Positions 1-8,991 of a stretch of 41,101 nt of DNA are shown one piece after another. The notes under the pieces are model-generated. The model was given only the letters and a program-made list of their open reading frames with translations, was not told the DNA's origin and ran no database searches. A program made the translations under genes and the position numbers. Position 1 is the first letter of the stretch, and each line of letters begins with the position of its first letter. The stretch covers positions 9,554 to 50,654 of the forward strand of contig DIVO01000050.1 of the NCBI GenBank assembly GCA_002428285.1, written 5' to 3'. This stretch comes from Patescibacteria group bacterium UBA6130. GTDB taxonomy: Bacteria; Patescibacteriota; Microgenomatia; UBA12405; UBA6130.

Positions 1-89
1 GCTTTAGCGACGGCGGGATTCGTTTTCATCGTATTTCTTGTTAATTGGTCTATTATATAAATTGGGCTTCGGCGGACACGTCCGCCAAG
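1..89 (+). repeat. tRNA-trailer repeat, copy A (left end cut by the window edge)
   Basis: nt 1-40 match nt 926-964 with only 2 substitutions and 1 indel. The 26-mer GGGCTTCGGCGGACACGTCCGCCAAG (64-89) is identical to 998-1023. It carries the GC-rich hairpin GGCGGA-CACG-TCCGCC in an AT-rich background. Confidence 0.8.
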
Positions 90-177
90 ACAGCATAGGC
101 TTAAGCTTACTTGCCAATTGTGTGTCGCTAAATATTGCCAAGCGAAATACATTCAACTCTGTCGCCTCTCTTCCAAT

Positions 178-186
178 TGATATAAT
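178..186 (+). promoter_or_regulatory. Candidate extended -10 promoter element (TGaTATAAT) for tRNA-Arg
   Basis: TGATATAAT ends 8 nt upstream of the tRNA-Arg 5' end. I found no convincing -35 hexamer. Confidence 0.3.
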
Positions 187-194
187 TTGACAAA

Positions 195-266
195 GCGCTT
201 ATAGCTCAATGGATAGAGCGTCGGCCTCCGAAGCCGGAAATGGGGGTTCGAGTCCCTCTAAGCGCA
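195..266 (+). tRNA. tRNA-Arg (anticodon CCG)
   Basis: Hand-folded cloverleaf: acceptor GCGCTTA/TAAGCGC, D arm GCTC..GAGC, anticodon stem TCGGC/GCCGG with loop CT-CCG-AA, T arm GGGGG-TTCGAGT-CCCTC. CCA is not encoded. Confidence 0.9.
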
Positions 267-343
267 CATTTTCAGTGTTTATTCAGTATTATTGTTTAAG
301 ATTAGTGTGGCCTTATTAAATGTATTTGCTAAACTTCTAAGTC

Positions 344-790
344 ATGAAAAAAGAATATTCCGCCGGTGGTGCTGTTTATAAGACAGTCAAAATAAAAAAT
401 AAAATAGAAACTCTTTGGCTTTTAGTCAAGCATAAAAATACCAAGGGCTGGAGATTCCCAAAAGGTCATATAGAACCTGGAGAGAATGCCCGAAGAGCTG
501 CTATTAGAGAGGTAGAAGAAGAAGGAAAAGTTCAGGCAAGGTCTTTAAAAAGAGTCGGCGTTATTGATTATGTGTTTAATATTTACCAAACCACGATTAA
601 AAAATCGGTCACTTTCTTTTTGATGAAGTTTAAAAAAGGAGTCAATGATCCAAAATATAAAGAAAAGACTGTTTCCAAAACCGGCTGGTTTGATTATAAA
701 AGCGCACTTAAAAAGCTAAGGTTTCCCAAAGAAAAAGAAATATTGATAAGAGCTTTTGAATCTCTTAAGGGTAGGAAAAAAGAAAAGTAG
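344..790 (+). CDS. Nudix hydrolase
   Basis: Clear Nudix box GHIEPGENARRAAIREVEEEG (Gx5Ex7REUxEExGU). 148 aa. Confidence 0.9.
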   Translation: MKKEYSAGGAVYKTVKIKNKIETLWLLVKHKNTKGWRFPKGHIEPGENARRAAIREVEEEGKVQARSLKRVGVIDYVFNIYQTTIKKSVTFFLMKFKKGVNDPKYKEKTVSKTGWFDYKSALKKLRFPKEKEILIRAFESLKGRKKEK

Positions 791-825
791 CTTCTCTTGA
801 GATATAATTAAGCACGGTTTTATCT

Positions 826-910
826 GGAGAGGTGCTCCGAATTGGCTAAGGAACCGACCTCGAAAGTCGGCGCCCTCACGGGCTTGCGGGTTCGAGTCCC
901 GCCCTCTCCG
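826..910 (+). tRNA. tRNA-Ser (anticodon CGA), class II with long variable arm
   Basis: Acceptor GGAGAGG/CCTCTCC with discriminator G, anticodon stem CCGAC/GTCGG with loop CT-CGA-AA, long variable arm, T arm GCGGG-TTCGAGT-CCCGC. Confidence 0.9.
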
Positions 911-925
911 CCTTCGCCCGCCATA

Positions 926-1023
926 GCTTTAGCGACGGCGGGATTCGTTTCCATCCTATTTCTGTAAAATATTATTTATACTGATGTATTATGGGTCGGG
1001 CTTCGGCGGACACGTCCGCCAAG
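926..1023 (+). repeat. tRNA-trailer repeat, copy B
   Basis: See copy A. It is preceded by the hairpin CCCGCC(913-920 region)...GGCGGG immediately after tRNA-Ser. Weaker similarity continues downstream: CGCCTCTCTT..GGAATT here versus CGCCTCTCTTCCAATT at 164-179. Confidence 0.8.
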
Positions 1024-1213
1024 TTTCACTTTTTGTGAAATCGTAAGAAACAGCCCCGCCACCTGCTTGAATATTTGGAAGGCAGAACACCGCCTCTCTT
1101 GCTGGAATTAACACTTAAATTAAGTGCGACTTCACAACTGCAAGTGAATTTCATCAAGCAAGGACAAAGTGAGAAAGAGACCATGTATCCTGATATACTG
1201 CGGTAATCATTAC

Positions 1214-1579
1214 ATGTCTAAAAAAATTCTTAACAGACTTGGGCTTGGCTTACAATCAATATCCTTGAGTGTTTTATTGCTATCTATGTATGTTGATGCG
1301 TCTTGGGAATTCAGATTATCATTTGGTTTATCACAATACATTAAAGCATTGCTGCTCAACTTAACTCTACTATTTTTAGCGTATAAAAAACCACGCATTG
1401 GAGGGATTATTCTTATTCTTGTAAGCTTAGGATGTATAATTATATCCACAGCCGAGCGATTTTTACATCCATCACATTTTTATATTTTTGATCCATTAAC
1501 TATGTTTCTTTTAACAACAATTCTATTCACCTTGCCATTAATTTCGTGTATACTGTTAGTATTATCCTCAAAGAAATAG
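1214..1579 (+). CDS. Small integral membrane protein, hypothetical
   Basis: The ORF (track 1169..1579) is hydrophobic with about 4 predicted TM helices. The ATG at 1214 (MSKKILN...) is the more plausible start. No recognised motif. Confidence 0.55.
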   Translation: MSKKILNRLGLGLQSISLSVLLLSMYVDASWEFRLSFGLSQYIKALLLNLTLLFLAYKKPRIGGIILILVSLGCIIISTAERFLHPSHFYIFDPLTMFLLTTILFTLPLISCILLVLSSKK

Positions 1580-1610
1580 TTTAAAATTATATTTATAATA
1601 CATAAACAAT

Positions 1611-2000
1611 ATGGATATTCAACAAAAGCAACTTTCTACAGCTGAAGAGTACATAAACTTTGTAAGAGAGTTTGTAACTTTGCTAGATAAACAACTCGCT
1701 ATATTTGAAGACTTTTCAAAAAATGAGGAAAAACTCCATGAATTGGCTCATGTAATGCCTGCAATAATTTCTCTAGTAAATACTGTTGGGTATTTGCGAG
1801 GCCAGGATGGATTGTTTATAGAGATTAGACCATATACGAAAAACCAAGGGGAGTTCAACAAGTACGAGGCCCTATTTGAAAGCAGACTCAACAAGCTCAT
1901 AGATGTTCTCATGGGTTCAGACGAAAAAGATTACTATATGGAAAGACTTGAAAGCTATCTGGTTAAATTTAGAACTAAGCAAAAACCAACAATATGGTGA
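1611..2000 (+). CDS. Hypothetical protein (129 aa, helical/charged)
   Basis: Clean ORF with protein-like composition. No motif recognised. Confidence 0.55.
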   Translation: MDIQQKQLSTAEEYINFVREFVTLLDKQLAIFEDFSKNEEKLHELAHVMPAIISLVNTVGYLRGQDGLFIEIRPYTKNQGEFNKYEALFESRLNKLIDVLMGSDEKDYYMERLESYLVKFRTKQKPTIW

Positions 2001-2302
2001 TGCTTGCGATTACAGATTAGCCTTCAAAATTTTGTAGTTCGCATATAAAACTGAAAGCTTTGAGCATATCGAAATGCCTGCTTACGAGACATGTATATTC
2101 AGTAAGGATAATTTAATGGAAGTTTGTTTTTCTTTTCTTTCTACTCATACTTTTATAAAAAAGCTAAAAAATTGGATAAGAGAAAAAAATAAGTTGACTT
2201 CCAAAGTGAAAAACACCGAACAAATATCGGGCAAAAGGTGATGATCTAAATTAGGTGATTGTGATATGTATATTACTATTTTGATAAAAAACCAGCTATC
2301 AA

Positions 2303-3097
2303 GTGAGCCAAGGATTTAAAAAATGGCTAAAAATTTGCGGAATATTGTATGGGATATTTTTTGCTGGCGCAACAGTATTAAGAGAATCGTATTTAACATT
2401 ATTCATTTTTGTATTTTTTCTGGGTGCAACAATATTTTTGGTATATGAAACGGCGAAAGAGGTTGTTGTAAAAGCGAAAGAGATAATAATGTCTTGGCGC
2501 ACGCCAAAATTTAAGTCTAAAGTGACAAAATATTGTGATATTGATCCAAAGTTTCCAAGAAATGCTTGGGCGGGGTTTATGTTGATGCGGATCAATGGAA
2601 ATACAGCGCTAATTCCGGCAAAAAGAATTTATCTTACAAAACAGGAAGAAAAATTATATTTGAAAATTGTACATGATGCAGCGAGAAAAGAGCCGGAGGT
2701 TTGGATGCAAGCGCTGGTGAAATTAAAATTTGCTAAACTTATTAAAAATAAAAGAAAGATGTGGACCAAAGTTAAAAAACAGACAGAAATCGATGCATTA
2801 GCAAAGATGCTATATTATGTCGATGTATTTAATTACCCAGCTTTATATCAATTGTTGGCAATAGGGATTGGAAGAGATGATGAAGGAAAATGGGAATGGG
2901 GGTTAATGACGCGGTTTCTGAAAGGTACGGACCAAAAAAAGATTGAACAATTTATGTGCGGTTGCAATGAAAAAGTTGACGAGAGGTGTAAATATAGCGC
3001 TGTTTATGATGTGGAGGAAATAATTTTTGTCCGACCTAATGGCAAAGAAGAAAAACATTATCCTAACGGTTTTGGGGCGGAAGAGGTTTTGAATTAA
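2303..3097 (+). CDS. Hypothetical membrane-anchored protein (264 aa, GTG start)
   Basis: Two N-terminal hydrophobic helices followed by a soluble domain. No motif recognised. The antisense ORF 2299..2595 is regarded as a shadow. Confidence 0.55.
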   Translation: MSQGFKKWLKICGILYGIFFAGATVLRESYLTLFIFVFFLGATIFLVYETAKEVVVKAKEIIMSWRTPKFKSKVTKYCDIDPKFPRNAWAGFMLMRINGNTALIPAKRIYLTKQEEKLYLKIVHDAARKEPEVWMQALVKLKFAKLIKNKRKMWTKVKKQTEIDALAKMLYYVDVFNYPALYQLLAIGIGRDDEGKWEWGLMTRFLKGTDQKKIEQFMCGCNEKVDERCKYSAVYDVEEIIFVRPNGKEEKHYPNGFGAEEVLN

Positions 3098-3198
3098 TTT
3101 ATATACTATATTATTTTATTAATTATTAGCTTATTTAACCCTTACCTTGTTATTATAGACTGCTTATTTGAGTATTATTTAATTATCATCAATTAACC

Positions 3199-3873
3199 AT
3201 GATACCCATCAGAGATCACAATCCTTCAGGGGGAGTTCCTGTTGTAACTTACTTTTTACTTGCTTCTAATATTCTAATTTTTATTTTTATGCAGAGTATG
3301 TCTTTATCTTCTCAAGAAGAGTTTATTTACACTTATTCCTTAATACCCAATGAAATTATTAACGGTATTGGCCTTTTCACTCTTGTTAGCTCAATGTTTT
3401 TACATGGGAGCATTGGCCATATTATTGGCAATATGTTGTTTTTGAATATTTTTGGCGATAATTTGGAGTCAACATTAGGGCATATAAAATACCTACTCTT
3501 TTACCTTGTTGCTGGCTTAGTTGCCTCTTTTGCTCAAATCATGACTGATCCTAGCTCGCAAATTCCCAATCTTGGAGCATCTGGCGCTATTGCCGGACTC
3601 ATGGGAGGGTATTTGCTTTTATATCCAAAACATAAAATCGACATCCTACTTCCGATTGGGTTAGCTTACCGGACCGCCACTGTCCCAGCTTACACCATGC
3701 TTTTTTATTGGATAATAGCCCAAATTTTCAGCGGTGTTGGTCAGTTTGCCATTGAAAGCACGGGAGGTGTGGCTTATTTTGCCCATATTGGGGGATTTTT
3801 GGCTGGATTAATTTTGATTTGGCTTTTGAGAGGTGTTGGTTTGACCAGAAGTAGTTCCGCTGAAATCTTCTGA
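3199..3873 (+). CDS. Rhomboid family intramembrane serine protease
   Basis: Catalytic GASGAIAGLMG (GxSG) and a downstream AHIGGFLAG histidine helix. Multi-TM. HGS..H motif near TM2. Confidence 0.9.
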   Translation: MIPIRDHNPSGGVPVVTYFLLASNILIFIFMQSMSLSSQEEFIYTYSLIPNEIINGIGLFTLVSSMFLHGSIGHIIGNMLFLNIFGDNLESTLGHIKYLLFYLVAGLVASFAQIMTDPSSQIPNLGASGAIAGLMGGYLLLYPKHKIDILLPIGLAYRTATVPAYTMLFYWIIAQIFSGVGQFAIESTGGVAYFAHIGGFLAGLILIWLLRGVGLTRSSSAEIF

Positions 3874-3880
3874 TAATTAA

Positions 3881-4984
3881 GTGTTAAAATTTCTCATGAC
3901 AGCATTTTTTCAGGCGGCTTTTCTTTTATCCGGAACAGTAATCGGCGCAGGCATGTTTTCCTTGCCCTATTCTTTTTTGCTTTCAGGTTTTTGGACAAGT
4001 CTGCTCGGGCTTGTTGTTTTAACTCTATTAACATTATCCTTAAACCTTTTTTATGCGAGATTGATTTTGAAAAATTCAGGAGATCATCAGCTTTGCGGAT
4101 ATATGGGTAAATATTTTGGAAGTAAGGGCAGAAGCCTTGGGTCTTTGGCTATTGTTTTATCAGCAACCGGAGCTACGCTTGCTTATGTGATTCTGGGAGG
4201 TAATTTCTTATCTTTATTTTTTGGGACTGTTCCCAGTCTTTTTTACCGCTTAATTTTTCTTTTAGTTGGAATTATTTTTTTTGTCGGCGGAATAAAGACA
4301 ATTTCTTCTTTTGGCGGCATTTTAAGTTTGGGATTGGTTGTGCTTGCAATTGTGTTTTCGGGTTTGGGAATAAAATATTTCCAGTTTCAAAATTTATTTA
4401 TCCCCGCAACAGATAATTTAGCTTTTTATGGTCCCGTTTTATTTTCTTTATCCGGAGCAATAGTAATTCCGGAAGTAGAGGAAATTTTAAGAGTTAACAA
4501 CAAAAGGAATAAACTTTATAAAGCGATAGTTTTAGGAACCTTACTACCTGCCATTGTGTATGTTGTTTTTTCTTTCGGTGTATTGGCCATATCTGGAGCG
4601 TTTACCACCGCAGACGCACTCTCTGGTCTTATCATCTGGTCGCCTTTGCTGGTTAGGATGGGAGCAGTTGTTGGCTTTTTTTCTTGCCTGACATCTTTCT
4701 ATAGTCTGGCAAATGTTTTGAAGGAACTTTGTTTAAGAGATTTTAAAGTTGGTAAAAAATTATCTATTAATCTACCCATTTTAATTGGTTTAACAGGGGT
4801 GTGGCTAAATGTCGGTTTATTTTTCAAAATAATTTCTCTGACAGGAACCTTTGCCGTTGGTTTGATAGGTATTTTAATTGCCGCAATGTATTTGAAGGCT
4901 GGAGCAAAAAATTGGGGAAAAGCAATTTCATATATGATTATTGCCGCTTTTTCTTTAGGAATGATTTTGCAGTTAACCCATTAA
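3881..4984 (+). CDS. Amino-acid permease (aromatic/hydroxy amino-acid transporter-like)
   Basis: Roughly 11 TM helices. N-terminal GTVIGAGMFSLPY signature typical of amino-acid transporter families. GTG start 7 nt after the rhomboid stop. Confidence 0.75.
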   Translation: MLKFLMTAFFQAAFLLSGTVIGAGMFSLPYSFLLSGFWTSLLGLVVLTLLTLSLNLFYARLILKNSGDHQLCGYMGKYFGSKGRSLGSLAIVLSATGATLAYVILGGNFLSLFFGTVPSLFYRLIFLLVGIIFFVGGIKTISSFGGILSLGLVVLAIVFSGLGIKYFQFQNLFIPATDNLAFYGPVLFSLSGAIVIPEVEEILRVNNKRNKLYKAIVLGTLLPAIVYVVFSFGVLAISGAFTTADALSGLIIWSPLLVRMGAVVGFFSCLTSFYSLANVLKELCLRDFKVGKKLSINLPILIGLTGVWLNVGLFFKIISLTGTFAVGLIGILIAAMYLKAGAKNWGKAISYMIIAAFSLGMILQLTH

Positions 4985-5028
4985 AAGAAACAAAAAATTG
5001 GTTTTGGATAAACCTGTTAAAATAGAGT

Positions 5029-6831
5029 ATGAATCAGATTGAAGAGATCAAAGCTAAAGTAGATATTGTTGAGATAATTTCCCAAAGTGTAAATTTGAAA
5101 CCTGCCGGAAGAAATTTAAAAGGCTTGTGTCCTTTTCATAGTGAAAAAACTCCGTCATTTATGGTTTCTCCCGAATTGCAAATTTTTAAATGTTTTGGCT
5201 GCGGAAAATCGGGTGATGTGATTACTTTTCTTCAGGAATATGAGCGGATGGATTTTGGCGAGGCTTTGGAGCATTTAGCCCAAATTGCCGGAGTAAAACT
5301 TGAAGGTCAGAAATATTCACCAGACGAGTCAATCAAGAGAAAAATATATGAGATTAATGCTGCGGCAAAGTTTTTTTATCATTTTCTTTTAACCAAACAT
5401 GAGTCAGGCAAAAAAGCTTTAGAATACGCCCATTCGAGGGGTTTAGATCAAAAAATTATCGAAAAGTTTGGACTTGGCTTTTCTCCTCTAAAACCAGATG
5501 CTCTAGCCAATTATTTGATCAAAAAAAAGAATTACACCAAAGATGAGCTACTACAAACTGGCATATTTTTTACTTCGCAATATTCTGGCAGACAAGAGCT
5601 TTTGGACAGATTTTACGGAAGGCTTATTTTTCCCCTATTAGATCATAGAGAAAATATTGTTTCTTTTGCAGGCAGACTTATTCCTGGATATTTCAAAGAT
5701 GAGGATAAACGAGGGAAATATATTAATGGTCCTGATACTCCTGCTTATCACAAATCATATAATTTATATGGACTTTGGTTGACTAAAGAAGAGATAAGAA
5801 AAAAAGATAAGGCCGTATTGGTCGAGGGAGAGCTTGATTTGATTTCGAGCTGGAAGGCAGGAGTGAAAAATATTGTAGCCATTAAGGGAACAGCTTTAAC
5901 CCAAGAGCAGATTCAGTTAATAAAAAGATTTGCATCAAATTTAACCTTTTCTCTAGATGCCGATTTTGCTGGTGATCAGGCGGCTTTGAGGTGTGTGACA
6001 ATGGCTGACAAAGAGGGGTTGGATATGACAGCAGTTGTTTTGCCCAAAGGGGTCAAAGATCCTGACGACTTGGCCAGACTAGACCCAAAAAAATTAATAA
6101 AGGTGGTTGAAAAAGCTATACCTATTTGGGATTTTGTAATCAATAATGCTGTTCAGAGAAATGGGACCGATACCCCTCAGGGAAAAAAGAATGTCCTGAG
6201 GACGGTTTTGCCCATACTAACCCAAATTGATAATCAAGTAGTCAAAGAAGATTATTTAAAAAAACTATCTCAAACTCTTAACACAAGTTCTCAGGCAGTA
6301 ATGTCTGAGGCTCAAAAAACGATTGTATCTGCACCAAAAAAAGCCAAGGCAAATATTTTGAGTGAACCTCAAGAACCACAAGACAAACAAGACATATTGG
6401 AGGAGTATGTTTTGTCTTTGATTATGCTTAGCGGGAAACCTCAAAATTATCTTGAAAATCTTGAATTTGATAATTTTTTGGTTGATAGAATATATAAGGA
6501 ACTGAAAAAGTATTTGAAAAAGAACAAAAAATTTTCGTCATCTGCGTTTTTATCTTTTTTGTCTGAGGAGCTTAAGCCCAAGCTGGAGAAGATGTTCTTT
6601 GTTTGGGGAGATGATGAAGGCACAAACCTAGATAGGGAATTGAAAAAAATTATTACAGAACTGGAAAGGGTGAAATTAAAAAAGAAACTCAATTTATTGT
6701 CTGCCCAGATATCAGAGTCAGAAGAATCGGGAAAGGATATTAAAAAAAACAAAAACAACAAATCTTTGGAAAAACTCCAGGCAGAGTTTTCCGATCTTGC
6801 CGATCAGCTTTCAAGATTGGACGATAATTAA
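5029..6831 (+). CDS. dnaG: DNA primase
   Basis: CHC2 zinc finger CPFHSEKTPSFMVSP...FKCFGCGKSGDVITF and TOPRIM EGELDLIS...DAD. Followed by rpoD, the classical dnaG-rpoD arrangement. Confidence 0.97.
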   Translation: MNQIEEIKAKVDIVEIISQSVNLKPAGRNLKGLCPFHSEKTPSFMVSPELQIFKCFGCGKSGDVITFLQEYERMDFGEALEHLAQIAGVKLEGQKYSPDESIKRKIYEINAAAKFFYHFLLTKHESGKKALEYAHSRGLDQKIIEKFGLGFSPLKPDALANYLIKKKNYTKDELLQTGIFFTSQYSGRQELLDRFYGRLIFPLLDHRENIVSFAGRLIPGYFKDEDKRGKYINGPDTPAYHKSYNLYGLWLTKEEIRKKDKAVLVEGELDLISSWKAGVKNIVAIKGTALTQEQIQLIKRFASNLTFSLDADFAGDQAALRCVTMADKEGLDMTAVVLPKGVKDPDDLARLDPKKLIKVVEKAIPIWDFVINNAVQRNGTDTPQGKKNVLRTVLPILTQIDNQVVKEDYLKKLSQTLNTSSQAVMSEAQKTIVSAPKKAKANILSEPQEPQDKQDILEEYVLSLIMLSGKPQNYLENLEFDNFLVDRIYKELKKYLKKNKKFSSSAFLSFLSEELKPKLEKMFFVWGDDEGTNLDRELKKIITELERVKLKKKLNLLSAQISESEESGKDIKKNKNNKSLEKLQAEFSDLADQLSRLDDN

Positions 6832-6909
6832 AAAAAGAAAGCAATTATCCATATAAATTGCCAGAAAGGATGTTGATTTAAGTTCAATTTGGTGATATTA
6901 TATTTAAAT

Positions 6910-8001
6910 ATGCCCACCCCAGCTATGGAATTTGCCAAAAACAGAAAGTCATTGTTAGCCTTGGCCAAAAAGCAGGGCTTCTTGACTCAGGATGTTATAT
7001 TGGAAAAAATTGTTTCTCCTCATAAATATATTGAAGAATTAGATAAGTTTTATAACGATTTGTTTGAAAAGGGTATTGATGTATTCGAAGGCATAGATGT
7101 TGAGGATGTTAGAAGCGAAGAAGCAGTTTTAGCGGGAGGAAAAATTCCTGCGTTGTCATTGCTTGCCACTTCCACCTCCACCGATCCTGTAAGAATGTAT
7201 TTAAGAGAAATTGGAAAAGTTCCTTTGCTTTCGGGAGAGGAAGAAGTTACTCTTGCTCAAGAGATTGAGAAGGGTTCTGAAAGAGCTAGAGCAAAACTAA
7301 TTGAGTCGAATTTGAGATTGGTTGTTTCTATTGCCAAAAAATATATTGGCAGAGGTTTGACCTTTTTGGATTTAATCCAAGAAGGAAATCAGGGTTTGAT
7401 GAGAGCTGTAGAAAAATTTGATTGGCGAAGAGGTTTTAAATTTTCTACTTATGCCACTTGGTGGATCAGACAAGCCATTACAAGAGCCATTGCAGATCAG
7501 GCAAGAACTATCAGAATCCCCGTGCATATGGTGGAAACCATGAATAGAGTGTTTAAGACTGTTAGACAGTTGGCGCAGGAAAAAGGCAAGGAGCCGAGTG
7601 TGGCGGAGCTTGCAAAAGCCACAGATCTGTCTGAAGAAAAGATTAATGAAATTTTCCGGATTTCCCAAGACACTACTTCTTTGGCTGCTCCTGTAGGCGA
7701 AGAGCAGGATTCTTTTTTGGGAGATTTTATTGAAGATGTCACTTCTCCTTCCCCCTATGAGGAAACTTCAAAAGAGCTTCTTAAGGAGTCCATCACTGAT
7801 GTATTGACAAGTTTGGATGAAAGAGAAGCTAAGGTTTTGTCCTTGAGGTTTGGCTTGGATGGCGAGCCTCCAAAAACATTGGAAGATGTTGGCAAGATTT
7901 TCAATGTCACAAGAGAAAGAATTAGACAAATAGAAGCCAAGGCTTTAAGAAAACTTAGACACCCTTCGAGAAGAAAAAAACTCCAGGATTATTTAGAGTA
8001 A
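6910..8001 (+). CDS. rpoD: RNA polymerase primary sigma factor (sigma-70 family)
   Basis: Region 2 [54 protein letters not shown]. Region 4 [30 protein letters not shown]. The track ORF begins at 6889 with an alternative start, but ATG 6910 is preferred. Confidence 0.96.
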   Translation: MPTPAMEFAKNRKSLLALAKKQGFLTQDVILEKIVSPHKYIEELDKFYNDLFEKGIDVFEGIDVEDVRSEEAVLAGGKIPALSLLATSTSTDPVRMYLREIGKVPLLSGEEEVTLAQEIEKGSERARAKLIESNLRLVVSIAKKYIGRGLTFLDLIQEGNQGLMRAVEKFDWRRGFKFSTYATWWIRQAITRAIADQARTIRIPVHMVETMNRVFKTVRQLAQEKGKEPSVAELAKATDLSEEKINEIFRISQDTTSLAAPVGEEQDSFLGDFIEDVTSPSPYEETSKELLKESITDVLTSLDEREAKVLSLRFGLDGEPPKTLEDVGKIFNVTRERIRQIEAKALRKLRHPSRRKKLQDYLE

Positions 8002-8120
8002 CCTCTAAGGATCAGTGGTTGTAGTGGTATCTCCTTGTTTAAATGTTTTTATAGTATGGGTCGTTGTTTAAAAATAAATTTAATAGACGATAGTTTATAT
8101 TTTTTTCTTTTGGCTTCTAA

Positions 8121-8201
8121 TTTTTGACGGGTATTACGGGTATTTCCCCAGTAAGAAGAGCTGCCAAGCTTAACCCCCTTGACGCTTTGAGGTATGAGTA
8201 A
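8121..8201 (+). pseudogene. Remnant of the C-terminus of an FtsX/MacB-type ABC permease
   Basis: Translates to FLTGITGISPVRRAAKLNPLDALRYE*, the near-universal FtsX-family C-terminal signature (..P..RAAKL.P..ALRYE). There is an in-frame TAA at 8118-8120 and no upstream body. Confidence 0.7.
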
Positions 8202-8211
8202 AACAATTGTT

Positions 8212-8763
8212 TTACCTTTTTATTCCACTATTTACATCTATCCAGTATTGAACTCTCTCTTCTACTGCTTCTAATGGGGTTTGATCTTCTGGGACTTCTT
8301 TGCCATCAACAATTATTTGTCCATTCTCTCCTAGTTTTGCTGCGATATAGTCGTATTTAGTATGAAAAGAATCAGAGCCAGCATATTCCTCTCTTTCGTT
8401 AAATCTAATTGCTACAGAACTACCGTCTTCAGAAAAATAAGTCTTAGCTGGGGTAAAGCTGCTTACCAATCTTTTTTCAACATTAAAAAACAATCCAAAG
8501 AATGATTCATTCACTTCAGTAACATATACTGGGTCTTTCTTTAACACAAGAAGATCTGTTTTTGCTACCTCTTCTAGAAGTTGAGGTATTTGTGTGGCAT
8601 TTAGAGTAGCAATGTTTTTTTGTCGCTGCCTTTCAAATTCTGCTTTTTTTCTTTCTTCTTCTCTCAATCTCGCGGTCTCATCGAGCTTTTTTTCTTCCTG
8701 ATTGGCTAGTTTTCGACTTTGCAATCGACTTAGTGCTTCATCTATTTGTCTTTCTTTATTCAT
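8212..8763 (-). CDS. Hypothetical protein with N-terminal charged coiled coil (183 aa)
   Basis: Clean ORF with protein-like composition. No motif recognised. Confidence 0.55.
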   Translation of the reverse strand: MNKERQIDEALSRLQSRKLANQEEKKLDETARLREEERKKAEFERQRQKNIATLNATQIPQLLEEVAKTDLLVLKKDPVYVTEVNESFFGLFFNVEKRLVSSFTPAKTYFSEDGSSVAIRFNEREEYAGSDSFHTKYDYIAAKLGENGQIIVDGKEVPEDQTPLEAVEERVQYWIDVNSGIKR

Positions 8764-8991
8764 TTTATTTAAGTATTAATAAATATTTTATATTGTTCCA
8801 ATGTTACTTAACTCTATATTCAGTTACTTAAAGCCTCTTTATATTACTTATTATATCATGCGCTAAAAAAGATTTTGGGTAATAAAAAAAATAAATATTC
8901 ATAAATTTCTAATAAATAACCTAGTTTCTCAGCTTAATCTAAGCTTGGTTTTATGATATAATTTCCTTGTACATTAAAATATTTAATATAT

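Noticed and set aside
1210-1449. Antisense or overlapping track ORFs inside longer genes. These are 1210..1449(-), 2299..2595(-), 6447..6761(-), 7372..7668(-), 7497..7742(-), 7755..7940(-), 10051..10248(+), 11301..11513(-), 11552..11773(-), 12125..12457(-), 12202..12417(-), 12225..12473(+), 13166..13354(-), 17922..18125(-), 18869..19090(-), 20699..20917(-), 21231..21419(+), 21955..22221(+), 22883..23098(+), 25633..25839(-), 26233..26415(-), 27046..27363(+), 28329..28688(+), 30253..30465(+), 31030..31353(+), 31396..31605(+), 32477..32677(-) and 37956..38225(+).
   Set aside because: Each lies within or opposite a longer ORF that has recognisable motifs or better coding character. Their translations are low-complexity (Ser/Leu/Phe-rich) and lack RBSs. 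They are typical shadow ORFs.
2074-2241. 55-aa ORF (MPAYETCIFSKDNLMEV...) in the 2.0-2.3 kb gap
   Set aside because: It is short, has no RBS and no motif. The evidence is not sufficient to call it a gene.
4801-5025. 74-aa ORF overlapping the 3' end of the permease gene
   Set aside because: It is out of frame within the last TM helices of a well-supported transporter gene, and its composition is not protein-like.
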